A DNA stretch of 63,053 nucleotides, counting the filler. It is 3 parts of 3 records of this genome, joined end to end, with 100 filler letters (N's around TTAATTAATTAA, not from the genome) between each part and the next. Parts side by side here need not be neighbours in the genome. Positions count along the whole stretch, not along the records: positions 26,397 to 45,343 come from SRR31156797_4818; 2 more parts are not named here. One strand, 5' to 3'. Each line of letters starts with the position of its first letter. The first letter of the stretch is position 1. The notes below the pieces were generated by a model. The model ran no database searches. It worked only from the letters and a program-made list of their open reading frames with translations, and was not told the DNA's origin. The position numbers and the translations under genes are program-made. This document shows, piece by piece, positions 27,883 to 37,928 of the stretch.

Positions 27883-29292
27883 ATGAAAAAAGAAAAGCCT
27901 TATCGGATTCCTTCCCATGTGACCGAAATTATTCTGGACAGCATTTCCGACGGGGTGTTTACCGTGGATCATGATTGGCGCATCACCTCCTTTAACCGTG
28001 CCGCGGAACGGATTACCCGGATTCCCGGGGAAGAGGCCTTGGGGAAACATTGCTGGGAGGTATTTCGGTCCAACATGTGTGAAACCGACTGTGCCCTTCG
28101 TCGCACCATGAAACAGGGTAAGGCCTTTGTGGATACGTCCACCTATATCGTGGACAGCGACAAGCGCCGTATTCCCGTGGTGGTATCCACCAGTCTGCTG
28201 AAAGATGGCCGGGATACGGTGCTGGGCGGGGTGGAAACCTTTCGCGATATGAGTGTGCTGGAGGAATTGCGAAAGGAACTGAATGCCCGTTACCAGGTGG
28301 GGGACATGGTCAGCCGCAGCCCAGCCATGCACCGAATCTTCAAGATTCTGCCCCAGGTAGCGGAAAGCGACAGCACGGTCCTCATCCAGGGGGAAACCGG
28401 TACCGGCAAGGAACTTCTGGCCCGGGCCCTTCACGGCTTGAGCCCCCGCCGAAACAAACCTTTCGTGGCCATCAATTGCGGTGCCCTGCCGGACAACCTT
28501 CTGGAATCAGAACTTTTCGGTTATAAGGCAGGCGCCTTTACGGATGCTGTAAAGGATAAACCGGGACATTTTGCGTTGGCCGAAGGGGGAACCATCATGC
28601 TGGATGAAATGGGGGACCTCAGCCCTGCATTTCAAGTGAGACTCCTGCGCGTACTTCAGGAAAGAACGTTTCAGCCCCTGGGCGGTACCAGAGAGTTTAA
28701 GGCAAACGTGCGGGTAATTGCCGCCACCAACAAAGACCTGACCGAACTGGTGAAAAACGGGGCTTTCAGACAGGACCTGTTTTACCGGATTAACGTGGTT
28801 CGACTGGATCTACCCCCCCTGCGGGATCGAAAAGAAGATATCGCCACCCTAATCCGGCATTTCATCGGGCGATTCAACCGGTTGCAGGGCAGAATGGTGA
28901 CCGGCATCAGCCAGGAGGCCCTTTCGATCCTCATGTTCCATGACTATCCGGGCAACATTCGGGAACTGGAAAACATTATTGAACATGCCCTGGTATTGTG
29001 CCCGGAAGGTGAAATCGGTATCCATTGCCTGCCGGAAAACCTCAAAAATTTGGCGCCTCAACCCCTTGGTGCAGGGATCAATGCGGCTTTGAAATTAACC
29101 GAATCCCAGATAATACAGGATGCCCTCAAGCGAAATCAATTCAACCGGCTGGCCACGGCCCGGGATCTGGGGATGCACAAGAGCACGCTGTTTCGAAAAA
29201 TTAAGCAACTGGGTCTTCAACTACCGAAAATAGACGGGCGAAGCAAACGGAAAAGCCTACCGTCGCAAATCCAAGACCCTGTCAACCATTAG
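27883..29292 (+). CDS. PAS-domain sigma-54 enhancer-binding protein (OrpR-like)
   Basis: PAS, GETGTGKE, ESELFG..GAFTDA, QDLFYRINV, PGNIRELEN, Fis-type HTH. Confidence 0.93.
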   Translation: MKKEKPYRIPSHVTEIILDSISDGVFTVDHDWRITSFNRAAERITRIPGEEALGKHCWEVFRSNMCETDCALRRTMKQGKAFVDTSTYIVDSDKRRIPVVVSTSLLKDGRDTVLGGVETFRDMSVLEELRKELNARYQVGDMVSRSPAMHRIFKILPQVAESDSTVLIQGETGTGKELLARALHGLSPRRNKPFVAINCGALPDNLLESELFGYKAGAFTDAVKDKPGHFALAEGGTIMLDEMGDLSPAFQVRLLRVLQERTFQPLGGTREFKANVRVIAATNKDLTELVKNGAFRQDLFYRINVVRLDLPPLRDRKEDIATLIRHFIGRFNRLQGRMVTGISQEALSILMFHDYPGNIRELENIIEHALVLCPEGEIGIHCLPENLKNLAPQPLGAGINAALKLTESQIIQDALKRNQFNRLATARDLGMHKSTLFRKIKQLGLQLPKIDGRSKRKSLPSQIQDPVNH

Positions 29293-29409
29293 AGTTTCAT
29301 TTCCAGGACCCTATCTTCCACCCCTGCCACCTCGGCATTTATCTTCAATTGGAACTAAAGATCCGAAATTACATCTTTAATTTTAAACCAGGAATGTCTT
29401 CGAAAAGTT

Positions 29410-29425
29410 TGGCATGCAAATTGCT
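29410..29425 (+). promoter_or_regulatory. Sigma-54 promoter of the orp operon
   Basis: TGGCAT-GCAAA-TTGCT, 30 bp upstream of the first gene. Confidence 0.88.
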
Positions 29426-29455
29426 GAATCTTCGTCCCATGGAGGATTATGACAA

Positions 29456-29845
29456 ATGAAAGTGGCTGTAACCGTTTGGAAAAATCGCATTTCGCCTCTT
29501 TTCGATGCCACGCGTACATTGCTCGTTGCGGACGTTTATAATGGCGTGCTCACCGAAAAACACCTGGTACCCTTTGATTGCATCTCCCCTTTTGCCAGGG
29601 CTGCAACCCTGGAAGAACTGGGGGTCGGAACATTGATCTGCGGCGGCGTATCCGATTTCTTCGCCAAACTCATTGAAGCCCGCAACATTCAGATCATCCC
29701 TTTTGTGGCAGGCCGAGTTGATGAGGTCATCGATGCATATTTGAGAGATGCCCTTTGTCATAAGAAATTTCGAATGCCGGGATGCGGCCATAGACAATAT
29801 AAATTAAAGAGAAGGAGGAACAGACATGAAAATTGCAGCAAGTAG
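29456..29845 (+). CDS. NifB/NifX (dinitrogenase FeMo-cofactor-binding) family protein
   Basis: RISPLFDA, LICGGVS, MPGC tail. Confidence 0.85.
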   Translation: MKVAVTVWKNRISPLFDATRTLLVADVYNGVLTEKHLVPFDCISPFARAATLEELGVGTLICGGVSDFFAKLIEARNIQIIPFVAGRVDEVIDAYLRDALCHKKFRMPGCGHRQYKLKRRRNRHENCSK

Positions 29846-30440
29846 CAGCGGCAACAATTTGGATTCTCAAATCGATCCGCGCTTTGGACGGTGCGCATAT
29901 TTTTTGATCGTGGATACGGACAATATGAATTTCGAAGCCTTTAACAATGAAAGCATCGCACTGGGCGGCGGCGCCGGCATACAGGCGGCCCAGTTTGTGG
30001 CATCCAAAGGCGCGAAAGCCATTCTAACCGGAAATGTGGGCCCCAACGCGGTAAAAACCCTTGGTGCGGCAGGGGTGGAAGTTTTCACGGGTCAAAACGG
30101 AACGGTCTGCGAAGCGGTTGAACGGTACAAAAGCGGAAATCTTGAATCCACCCGCAAGGCCACCGTGGCCGATCATTACGGAATGGGTGGCGGTAGCAGC
30201 AGTTCTCAAAACATGAGCCCGGGTGGTGTCGGCGCAGAAAACATGGCTTTCGGAAAAGGCTCCGGCACGGGCCGTGGCAGAGGCGGCGGCAGGGGTCGCT
30301 GTATGGGTGGCGCTGGCGGCATGCAGGGAAGGAATCCGACCGGTCCCGTCTCAGGCATAAACGAGACTGACGAATTAAAAGCGCAGTTAAAACAGATGAA
30401 GGAACAAATGAAAGTTCTGGAAGCAAAATTGGGTTCATGA
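29826..30440 (+). CDS. Orange protein-like NifB/NifX family protein with Gly-rich tail
   Basis: DPRFGRCAYF, GAGIQAAQ, TGNVGPNA, DHYG, Gly/Arg-rich and coiled-coil C-terminus. Confidence 0.88.
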   Translation: MKIAASSSGNNLDSQIDPRFGRCAYFLIVDTDNMNFEAFNNESIALGGGAGIQAAQFVASKGAKAILTGNVGPNAVKTLGAAGVEVFTGQNGTVCEAVERYKSGNLESTRKATVADHYGMGGGSSSSQNMSPGGVGAENMAFGKGSGTGRGRGGGRGRCMGGAGGMQGRNPTGPVSGINETDELKAQLKQMKEQMKVLEAKLGS

Positions 30441-30515
30441 AAGAAATTAGAAGCACGGAAGCGAGCACTTAGGGCTTGCGCAAGGTATTTTTCAGATTAT
30501 TCGAGGGAAAATTTT

Positions 30516-31748
30516 ATGGCAACGGCAAATAATAACCAACAGGATAAACACCAAATGCAGGATCTTGAGATCAAGGAAAACCTGCTTCGAATCAAACATA
30601 AAATACTGGTCATGAGCGGCAAAGGCGGCGTTGGAAAAAGCAGTGTGGCAACGTACCTTTCCGTGGCACTGGCCCGGCAGGGATACAAGGTGGGGCTCAT
30701 GGATGTGGACCTTCACGGACCCAGTATCCCCCGGATGCTGGGGTTAAAGGGAAATCTCCAGGAGAGCACGGGGGCCGGAAAGGCGCGACCCGTCAGCTAT
30801 CTTCCCAATATGGAGGTAATTTCCATTGAAAGCCTGCTCGGGGAAAACAAGGATGCGGCCACCATCTGGCGGGGCCCTCTCAAAATCGGGGTTATCCGAC
30901 AGTTTGTATCCGATCTGGAGTGGAATGATCTGGATTACATGATTATCGACTCGCCGCCGGGAACCGGAGATGAGCCCCTGACCGTGGCCCAGACCATTCC
31001 CGACGCGTTGGCCCTGATTGTGACAACGCCACAGGAGGTTTCCCTGGCGGATGTGCGAAAATCCATCAATTTCTGCCGCCAGGTCAACATGGAAATCCTG
31101 GGCCTGGTTGAAAATATGAGCGGGCTTGTGTGCCCTCACTGCAAGAAAACCATTGACCTGTTCAAGGCTAACGGCGGGATGCTGACCGCTAAAAAAGAGA
31201 ACCTCAGACTTCTGGGGACACTCCCCCTGGAACCCCAGGTGGTGATGAACGGCGATGCCGGGAGCATGGGGATTCTGGATAATGAGGCGCTTCCCATCAC
31301 GCAGGAATTCAACAAAATGGTGGATATGATCGTACAGTTGACGAAAAACCGAAAAAATATATCCCCCAAAACCGAATCGGAATTCCCTGTTGTTAACAAA
31401 AGGGCTCGGGAAGGCAAAATGCTCGTGGTGCCTGTGAGCGACGGAAAGTTGAGTTCCCATTTCGGGCACTGTGAACAGTTCGCCTTCATTGAAACCCGGA
31501 ATGGAAAAATCGTCAAGACCGAAATGCGGAATCCCCCCGCCCATGAACCGGGGGTATTGCCCAAATGGCTTCACGAGCAGGGTGCTGATGTGGCCATTGT
31601 GGGCGGAATGGGCGAAAACGCACAACAGCTTCTCCGGGGCAACGGTATTGAGGTGATTATGGGCGCCCCAAAGGATTCTCCGGAATCCTTGGCCAATCAG
31701 TATCTCACCAACAGTCTCGTTGCGGGTGAAAACCGTTGCGATCATTGA
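30516..31748 (+). CDS. Fe-S carrier MrpORP (Mrp/NBP35 ATPase fused to NifX-like domain)
   Basis: SGKGGVGKS, DSPPGTGDE, ENMS..CPHC, C-terminal HFGHC...HEPG...CDH. Confidence 0.92.
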   Translation: MATANNNQQDKHQMQDLEIKENLLRIKHKILVMSGKGGVGKSSVATYLSVALARQGYKVGLMDVDLHGPSIPRMLGLKGNLQESTGAGKARPVSYLPNMEVISIESLLGENKDAATIWRGPLKIGVIRQFVSDLEWNDLDYMIIDSPPGTGDEPLTVAQTIPDALALIVTTPQEVSLADVRKSINFCRQVNMEILGLVENMSGLVCPHCKKTIDLFKANGGMLTAKKENLRLLGTLPLEPQVVMNGDAGSMGILDNEALPITQEFNKMVDMIVQLTKNRKNISPKTESEFPVVNKRAREGKMLVVPVSDGKLSSHFGHCEQFAFIETRNGKIVKTEMRNPPAHEPGVLPKWLHEQGADVAIVGGMGENAQQLLRGNGIEVIMGAPKDSPESLANQYLTNSLVAGENRCDH

Positions 31749-31793
31749 GACCGGGTGCGAACAAACCGGCACCTGGGCGGGAGATAGAATTAA

Positions 31794-32258
31794 ATGGCTG
31801 ACAATCTGGATCGTTTCATAGATGGATTGCAGGATCAGATTTACCGGGAAACCCGGGCCGCATATGGGGAGCAAGCCTTTGAACGATGGCAGAACATGCG
31901 CCATATGGGGGCCATGGAGAACCCTGATGGATACGCACGGATAACCGGCTCGTGCGGTGACACCATGGAAATTTTTATAAAATTTCAAAAGGATCACATT
32001 CAGGAAGCATCATTTCAAACCGATGGGTGCGGCACCAGCGCCGTGTGTGGATCCTTTGCCGCGGAAATGGCAATGGATAAAGCGCCCGATGAACTACTGG
32101 AAATCACCGGCGAGAAAATCCTTGAAGTGTTGGGCGGCTTTCCCAAAGAGGATGAGCACTGCGCGTACCTTGCCGCGGAAACGCTTCAGGAAGCGCTGAA
32201 TGATTATATGATGAAGCAAACAAAAAATTCAGGGAAATCCGACAACAGCGACTTATAG
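31794..32258 (+). CDS. IscU/NifU N-terminal-like Fe-S scaffold
   Basis: GSCGDTM, TDGCG, HCA. Confidence 0.88.
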   Translation: MADNLDRFIDGLQDQIYRETRAAYGEQAFERWQNMRHMGAMENPDGYARITGSCGDTMEIFIKFQKDHIQEASFQTDGCGTSAVCGSFAAEMAMDKAPDELLEITGEKILEVLGGFPKEDEHCAYLAAETLQEALNDYMMKQTKNSGKSDNSDL

Positions 32259-32314
32259 TTGTCCTGAAAGTTAAAAACATAGACAGATCCGGTAAGACAA
32301 ACAAGGAGAACCGT

Positions 32315-33169
32315 ATGATCATCAGTATCGCAAGCGGAAAGGGAGGAACGGGAAAGACCACAATCGCCACGAATCTGGCGGTTTCCCTTGATACGCCGGT
32401 CCAGATCCTGGACTGTGATGTGGAAGAACCCAATGCCCACCTTTTCATCCACCCCCGCATGGAAGAGACCCGCACCCTTACCACACCGGTGCCCGAGGTG
32501 GACATGGAAAAATGCACCCTTTGTGGGAAATGCGGGGAAATCTGTCAATTCAGGGCCATCGTAATGATTGGGGAAACCGTATTGCCCTTTGTTGAAATGT
32601 GCCACAGTTGCGGCGGGTGTATGGAAGTGTGTCCGGAAAAAGCCATCACTGAAACCACCCGAGAACTGGGGCGGATTGAAAGGGGGCAATTCAATGGAAA
32701 GGAATTTGTTCATGGAAAACTGCGGGTGGGCGAAGCCATGTCCCCGCCACTGATCAAGGCCGTTAGAGAATACGCCCGCCCGGATGGTTGGACCATTATC
32801 GACGCGCCACCTGGAACCTCTTGTCCCGTAATTTCCGCCATGAAAGGGGTGGATTTCGTACTGCTGGTCACCGAACCCACCCCTTTTGGCCTCCATGATT
32901 TAAAACTGGCGGTGGGGGCCGTTCGGATTCTGGGCATCCCCTGCGGTCTCGTCATTAACCGATCGGACATGGGGGATGACGGGGTCTTGAACTATGCCGA
33001 GGCTGAAAACATTCCCGTCCTCATGGAGATCCCCTTCGATCGAAAAATCGCGGAAAGCTATTCAAGGGGCCACATGATTGTTACGGCCATACCGGAATGG
33101 AAAGAGAAGTTTGTTCAACTTTCCCGTGATATGGAAGCCATTGCAGGGGGGAAAAGGAGCGTATCATGA
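32315..33169 (+). CDS. MinD/ParA-type P-loop ATPase with 2x[4Fe-4S] insert (Orp complex)
   Basis: SGKGGTGKT, DCDVEEPN, two CxxCxxCxxxC, DAPPGTSCP, EPTPFGLHD. Confidence 0.9.
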   Translation: MIISIASGKGGTGKTTIATNLAVSLDTPVQILDCDVEEPNAHLFIHPRMEETRTLTTPVPEVDMEKCTLCGKCGEICQFRAIVMIGETVLPFVEMCHSCGGCMEVCPEKAITETTRELGRIERGQFNGKEFVHGKLRVGEAMSPPLIKAVREYARPDGWTIIDAPPGTSCPVISAMKGVDFVLLVTEPTPFGLHDLKLAVGAVRILGIPCGLVINRSDMGDDGVLNYAEAENIPVLMEIPFDRKIAESYSRGHMIVTAIPEWKEKFVQLSRDMEAIAGGKRSVS

Positions 33170-34029
33170 AAGAAATCGTTATTATCAGCGGCAAGGGCGG
33201 AACGGGGAAGACCAGCATTATTTCAGCCTTCGCATCACTTGCCGAAAACAAGGTTCTTTGCGATGCGGATGTGGATGCGGCGGATCTTCATTTAATCATG
33301 GCACCCGAAATCAAAGAACGTCACGATTTTGATGCCGGGCACACCGCGAAAATCGATCCGGATAAATGCACGGAGTGTGGTCTTTGTCGGGAACTGTGCC
33401 GATGGAATGCCATCAGCGAGGATTATGGGGTGGACGAAATCGAATGCGAAGGATGCGGTGTCTGTTATTATTTCTGCCCTGAAAAAGCCATAGATTTCCC
33501 CATTAACACTTGCGGCGAGTGGTTTATTTCCCATACACGTTTTGGTCCCATGGCCCATGCGAGTCTGGGGATCGCGGAAGAAAACTCCGGGAAACTGGTG
33601 GCCCTTATTCGCAAGGAAGGGAGGGAAATGGCCGAAAAAAAAGGGCTTGATTATCTGCTCACCGATGGCCCTCCGGGCGTGGGTTGTCCGGTGATCGCAT
33701 CCATGGGCGGCGCATCGGCGGTTTTGATTGTTGCCGAGCCTACCGTTTCCGGAAAGCACGATATGGAGCGGGTGTCGGAACTGGCGGCATTTTTCAAGGT
33801 GCCGGCCATGCTATGCGTCAATAAATTCGACCTCAACCCTGAAATGGGAAAAGCCATCGAGGCTTTTGCCAGGGAAAAAAGCGTAAAGGTTATCGGTCGC
33901 GTTCCCTTTGATCCGGACTTCACCCGGGCCATGGTGGCGGGAAAAACCATTGTGGAGTTTAATGAGCAAGGGGAAGCCTGCCGGGCGGTAAAGACCATCT
34001 GGGAAGATGTGGTCGGAAGCCTTGAATAA
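33166..34029 (+). CDS. Second MinD/ParA-type P-loop ATPase with 2x[4Fe-4S] insert (Orp complex)
   Basis: SGKGGTGKT, DADVDAADL, ENSGKLV, DGPPGVGCP. Confidence 0.9.
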   Translation: MKEIVIISGKGGTGKTSIISAFASLAENKVLCDADVDAADLHLIMAPEIKERHDFDAGHTAKIDPDKCTECGLCRELCRWNAISEDYGVDEIECEGCGVCYYFCPEKAIDFPINTCGEWFISHTRFGPMAHASLGIAEENSGKLVALIRKEGREMAEKKGLDYLLTDGPPGVGCPVIASMGGASAVLIVAEPTVSGKHDMERVSELAAFFKVPAMLCVNKFDLNPEMGKAIEAFAREKSVKVIGRVPFDPDFTRAMVAGKTIVEFNEQGEACRAVKTIWEDVVGSLE

Positions 34030-34068
34030 TCAGTAACACGTAAAGAGAGCGGAAAGGAGGAATGGAAA

Positions 34069-34281
34069 ATGCCGAGAGGAGACGGAACAGGACCGGGAGG
34101 TCGGGGCGGTGGAAAAGGTCGCGGAATGGGTAGAGGCCAGGGCGGTCAGGGCGGTGGTCGCGGGGGACCGGGAGGAAACTGCCTTTGCCCTGCCTGCGGT
34201 GAAAAAGTGCCGCACCAGGCGGGTACCCCCTGTTTTGACCAGAAGTGCCCCAAATGTGGCGCATCCATGATGCGTGAATAG
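34069..34281 (+). CDS. Small Gly-rich, Cys-rich protein (DUF5320-like N-terminus)
   Basis: AAGGAGG RBS; MPRGDGTGP; CLCPACG...PC...CPKCG. Confidence 0.8.
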   Translation: MPRGDGTGPGGRGGGKGRGMGRGQGGQGGGRGGPGGNCLCPACGEKVPHQAGTPCFDQKCPKCGASMMRE

Positions 34282-34456
34282 TGTTTGTCTAAAACCGTTT
34301 GAGCCTTTATTTTTGAAGCCTTCGGAAGAATTGATGCGGGGTTCTTTACTATTGTGGCATTTCCTGATAAGAAGGGTCACGATTCCGCCGAATTCCGGGC
34401 AGGATTAATAATAACCCCGGGGCGGAAACCATTATCGTACTAGAAAGGATGAAACA

Positions 34457-34804
34457 ATGGCATCAAAAGACAAGGAATCGAGATTGGCGCAAATGGGCTA
34501 TTGGGAAGAACAGCTGAAACAGCGGCTCGCCCAGTTGGCTGATAAAGACGTTGCTCCTGAAAAAGCTTCCAAGGACACCGAGGTCAAGAAAATTCGGGCC
34601 AAAATAAGGGAGACCCGCGACCGGCTTGCGGTCATCGAGGAAAAAGAGAAAAAACGGGAGGAGATGGCCAAAGCAAAGGCTGAAAAAGCGGCAAAACCCA
34701 AAGAATCTAAAAAGAAGAAAAAGCAGGTGGAAGAGCAGGCGGCTGAAAGCAAACGTCAGCAGAAAAAGAAAAAGAAAAAAGAGAAGAAGACCAAAGCTCA
34801 ATGA
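34457..34804 (+). CDS. Lys/Glu-rich hypothetical protein
   Basis: AAGGA RBS; highly charged, coiled-coil-like. Confidence 0.7.
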   Translation: MASKDKESRLAQMGYWEEQLKQRLAQLADKDVAPEKASKDTEVKKIRAKIRETRDRLAVIEEKEKKREEMAKAKAEKAAKPKESKKKKKQVEEQAAESKRQQKKKKKKEKKTKAQ

Positions 34805-35388
34805 GCACCTGGAATCTCCAGACCCCTTTCAAAACGCTCAATTTCGGCCCCGTCCATTTCCAGCAGGGATTCGGGGCTGAAATTTAATTTACGGAACAGC
34901 TTTTCTTCAACCTGCCCGCATAATCTGAAATTTGATTTTATTCTCCGGCAGAGGTCTTCCTGATCCCGCCCGTAACGTTTGAGGATATAATCCTCCCGTT
35001 CTTTAAGGGTAACGATCCTGTCGTGGTTGACCCGTTTATCCGCATAAAAAACCACTTCCTTTTCAGAATCGGCACCGTTTAAACGATATTTTTTCAATTT
35101 AATATGTTCCCCAACAATGGAAGCAATTTCATCCAGGCTGTTTTCAATGCAAATCTGTTTTCCTATTTCCGCATGGTCCCGCCCTGAATCTAATGATGGC
35201 GTTTTACCGATATCATGCAACAATGCCCCGGCCGTTGTTTTTGAAACAGATATATCCGGATTCACTTCCTTAAGCCCCCGGGCAATCATCCGGGCCACCC
35301 TTGCCACAACCACCGAATGAGCTTTGATATGGGCAAGCATGTGGTATTTGTCCATGTAGCGGTAGCACTCTTTGATTGACGGAATCAC
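34798..35388 (-). CDS. HD-domain (HDIG) phosphohydrolase
   Basis: HS..V, ALLHDIGK, DHAE, YADKRV. Confidence 0.88.
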   Translation of the reverse strand: MIPSIKECYRYMDKYHMLAHIKAHSVVVARVARMIARGLKEVNPDISVSKTTAGALLHDIGKTPSLDSGRDHAEIGKQICIENSLDEIASIVGEHIKLKKYRLNGADSEKEVVFYADKRVNHDRIVTLKEREDYILKRYGRDQEDLCRRIKSNFRLCGQVEEKLFRKLNFSPESLLEMDGAEIERFERGLEIPGAH

Positions 35389-35648
35389 GGTTTATTCTCT
35401 TTATTATTTTCGGGTCACAACGAATCCTTATTATTCCAGGCATGATACCTAGCAGTTTTTGGCAGGCCATTCAAGAAAAAATCCAGTGATGGAAAGTAAG
35501 GAAGAATGTCACGGCGCAAGCCCCAATGGATTGTTGACAAACCCTATGGTTTTGTTTAAGTTCAGAAAAAATCAAGATGCAATATATACGGTTTTTCGCC
35601 ATGCGCTTTTAACCTGGGTAGATTGAAACCCACGAAAGGAGGCCGGCC

Positions 35649-37013
35649 ATTTCTGATTTTTCCCAAAATAACAGCAGGGTTACATCATTTCACATCCTCC
35701 GACAGGATCGGGAACACTTGAGAAAGCAGCTGACGCTTCATTCCAGGTGGAAAAAAACGGTCCTGATCCTGCCCCTTCTGGCCAGCGAATATACCGACCC
35801 CGTCAACCATCCGGTTTTTGAAAATATCCTTGGGCAGCTCAAAGATGTCAATTATGTCTCCGAAATCATCTTTGGTCTGGACCGGGCCACGGAAGAAGAG
35901 GCATTGCTGCTGCGGGATCTCATCAATGATTTTGGCATCCAGAATTACACGATTCAGTGGAATGATGGCCCGGGGTTTCTGGGCATATACGAAAAACTCA
36001 ACGAAGCGGGGTTCAATATCAGCGAACCGGGCAAAGGGAAAAACATGTTTCTGAGCTTCGGGATCGCCATGGCCCTGGGCGCGGAAACCATCGGCCTCAT
36101 CGACGCGGATATTCGAACCTTTAAGCGGGTGCAGCTGGACCGACTCTTCTACCCGGTAGTGGCCCTCAATTATGATTTTTCCAAGGCCTATTATTCCAGA
36201 ATCAAGGACAACCAGATCTACGGCCGGGTAAAAAGGCTTCTGCTTGACCCCCTACTCATCGCACTGAAACGGAAATTCTCCGAAACCAAAGACCAGAAGA
36301 TGTTGAATCTCATCGACTTTCTTTTAAGCTTCAAGTATCAGCTCAGCGGTGAGGTAACTTTTCATGTGGATCTGCTGAAAAAGATGCGATTTGCCACCAA
36401 CTGGGGTGTGGAGATTTTCACCCTCATTGAAGTGTATCGAAAAGCATCAGCGCCGGCCCAGGTCATGTTCACCAAAGATCCTTTCGATCATAAACATCAG
36501 GATATCTCTGCACAAGACCGCACAAAAGGCCTTAACCGGATGGCCATTGACATCGTCACAACCCTGATGAATGCCTTGATTATCGAAGAGGGTCTGGAAA
36601 TCTCCGATACCTTTTTCAGAGATCTGACGGTCACTTACCAGGCCGTGGCGGAAGAACAGGTCAAGAAATATTCCGACGACGCGGATTTCAGCGGCCTCAC
36701 ATACGACCGCGACAAGGAAGAATTCCTGATCAAGGAGGTTTTCACCCATTCCATCCTTGAAGCCGGGGATATGCTCACCGCCCCTTACCGCATGACGGAG
36801 AAATTCTTGCGGTTTGTCAACTCTCACAAGGAATTCGGCGAATTTCTCAAAAACGGGCTGGCCCAGGCCATTTTACAGGTGGAACATAAAACCGAAAAGC
36901 AGCTGTTCGAAACACCGCAAACGGTTTCCTGGGAACGGGTGAGCAATAAAATACCGACAATCTTTTACGATTTGATTGAAGTGGTGGAAAGTGAGAAAAG
37001 ACGTTTTTCCTGA
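35649..37013 (+). CDS. gpgS: Glucosyl-3-phosphoglycerate synthase-like glycosyltransferase; probable ATT start
   Basis: AAAGGAGG-N6-ATT SDFSQ in frame with ORF 35718; PGKGKN, DADI, YGRVKRL, LSGE, WGVEI, DHKHQ. Confidence 0.75.
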   Translation: MSDFSQNNSRVTSFHILRQDREHLRKQLTLHSRWKKTVLILPLLASEYTDPVNHPVFENILGQLKDVNYVSEIIFGLDRATEEEALLLRDLINDFGIQNYTIQWNDGPGFLGIYEKLNEAGFNISEPGKGKNMFLSFGIAMALGAETIGLIDADIRTFKRVQLDRLFYPVVALNYDFSKAYYSRIKDNQIYGRVKRLLLDPLLIALKRKFSETKDQKMLNLIDFLLSFKYQLSGEVTFHVDLLKKMRFATNWGVEIFTLIEVYRKASAPAQVMFTKDPFDHKHQDISAQDRTKGLNRMAIDIVTTLMNALIIEEGLEISDTFFRDLTVTYQAVAEEQVKKYSDDADFSGLTYDRDKEEFLIKEVFTHSILEAGDMLTAPYRMTEKFLRFVNSHKEFGEFLKNGLAQAILQVEHKTEKQLFETPQTVSWERVSNKIPTIFYDLIEVVESEKRRFS

Positions 37014-37031
37014 ACCGAAACGGGACAATTC

Positions 37032-37928
37032 ATGGTTGACCGGAATTCAGCTCCACCATCCCACCTGGTTTTTACCGACCTGGACGGCACCCTACTGGAT
37101 CACCACACCTATGGCTGGGAAGCGGCCATTCCGGCGCTTGACCATTGCCGAAAAAACGGCGTACCGGTGATCCTGGTCTCCAGCAAAACCAGGGCTGAAA
37201 TGGATGTAATTCGTCGTGAATTGAATCTTTCGGCGCCCTTTGTATCTGAAAATGGCGGGGGCGTATTCTTTCCACGTGAAAGTTTCGAGGATGCACCGGC
37301 CGGCTCCTTTCCGTCGGGAATCCAGGGTTCAAAGGGATCGGAAGGGTTTTGGCAGTGGTCTTTGGGCGTTCCCTACATCCATTTGGTTCGCGCGTTGCGC
37401 CATATGCGAAAAGACCTGGGGTTTTCCATAAAAGGGTTTTCCGAGATGGATGCTGCCGAAATATCCCGGCTGACGGGTCTCGATGAAAAGGACGCCCGTC
37501 TCGCCGCCATGCGGGAATACGATGAACCCTTTGTTTTCGAAGGAGAGACGCCCGCCGATCTGGGGCCGCTTCATGAAGACGCCACCCAAAGAGGGCTGAT
37601 GATCGTCTCGGGGGGTCGCTTTCATCACCTGATGGGCAACAACCACAAAGGAAAAGCCATGGCGCGGATTGTATCCTGGTATAATTCACAATATCATTTA
37701 GAAGGGCAAGCCGACCCTATCCCCACCATTGCCCTGGGCGACAGTCCAAATGATTTTCCCATGCTGATGCGTGCGGATTTTCCGGTACTGGTTCTTTCAA
37801 AACATCATTTTCCAGATCTTGAAAAGAAAATTCCGAATCTCGAAACAACAAAATATCCAGGTCCAAAAGGCTGGAACAGAGCCATTTTGAATATCTTAAG
37901 TCTAAGCAAGGAGAAGGCCGATGTCTGA
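37032..37928 (+). CDS. gpgP: Mannosyl/glucosyl-3-phosphoglycerate phosphatase (HAD IIB)
   Basis: FTDLDGTLLD, SSKTRAE, ENGG, GGRFHH, LGDSPND, GPKGW. Confidence 0.88.
   Translation: MVDRNSAPPSHLVFTDLDGTLLDHHTYGWEAAIPALDHCRKNGVPVILVSSKTRAEMDVIRRELNLSAPFVSENGGGVFFPRESFEDAPAGSFPSGIQGSKGSEGFWQWSLGVPYIHLVRALRHMRKDLGFSIKGFSEMDAAEISRLTGLDEKDARLAAMREYDEPFVFEGETPADLGPLHEDATQRGLMIVSGGRFHHLMGNNHKGKAMARIVSWYNSQYHLEGQADPIPTIALGDSPNDFPMLMRADFPVLVLSKHHFPDLEKKIPNLETTKYPGPKGWNRAILNILSLSKEKADV

Noticed and set aside
30744-31997. 417-aa minus-strand ORF
   Set aside because: Antisense shadow of MrpORP and the scaffold gene.
34069-34804. Low-complexity G-rich and A-rich tracts as repeat arrays
   Set aside because: Explained by Gly-rich and Lys-rich coding sequence.
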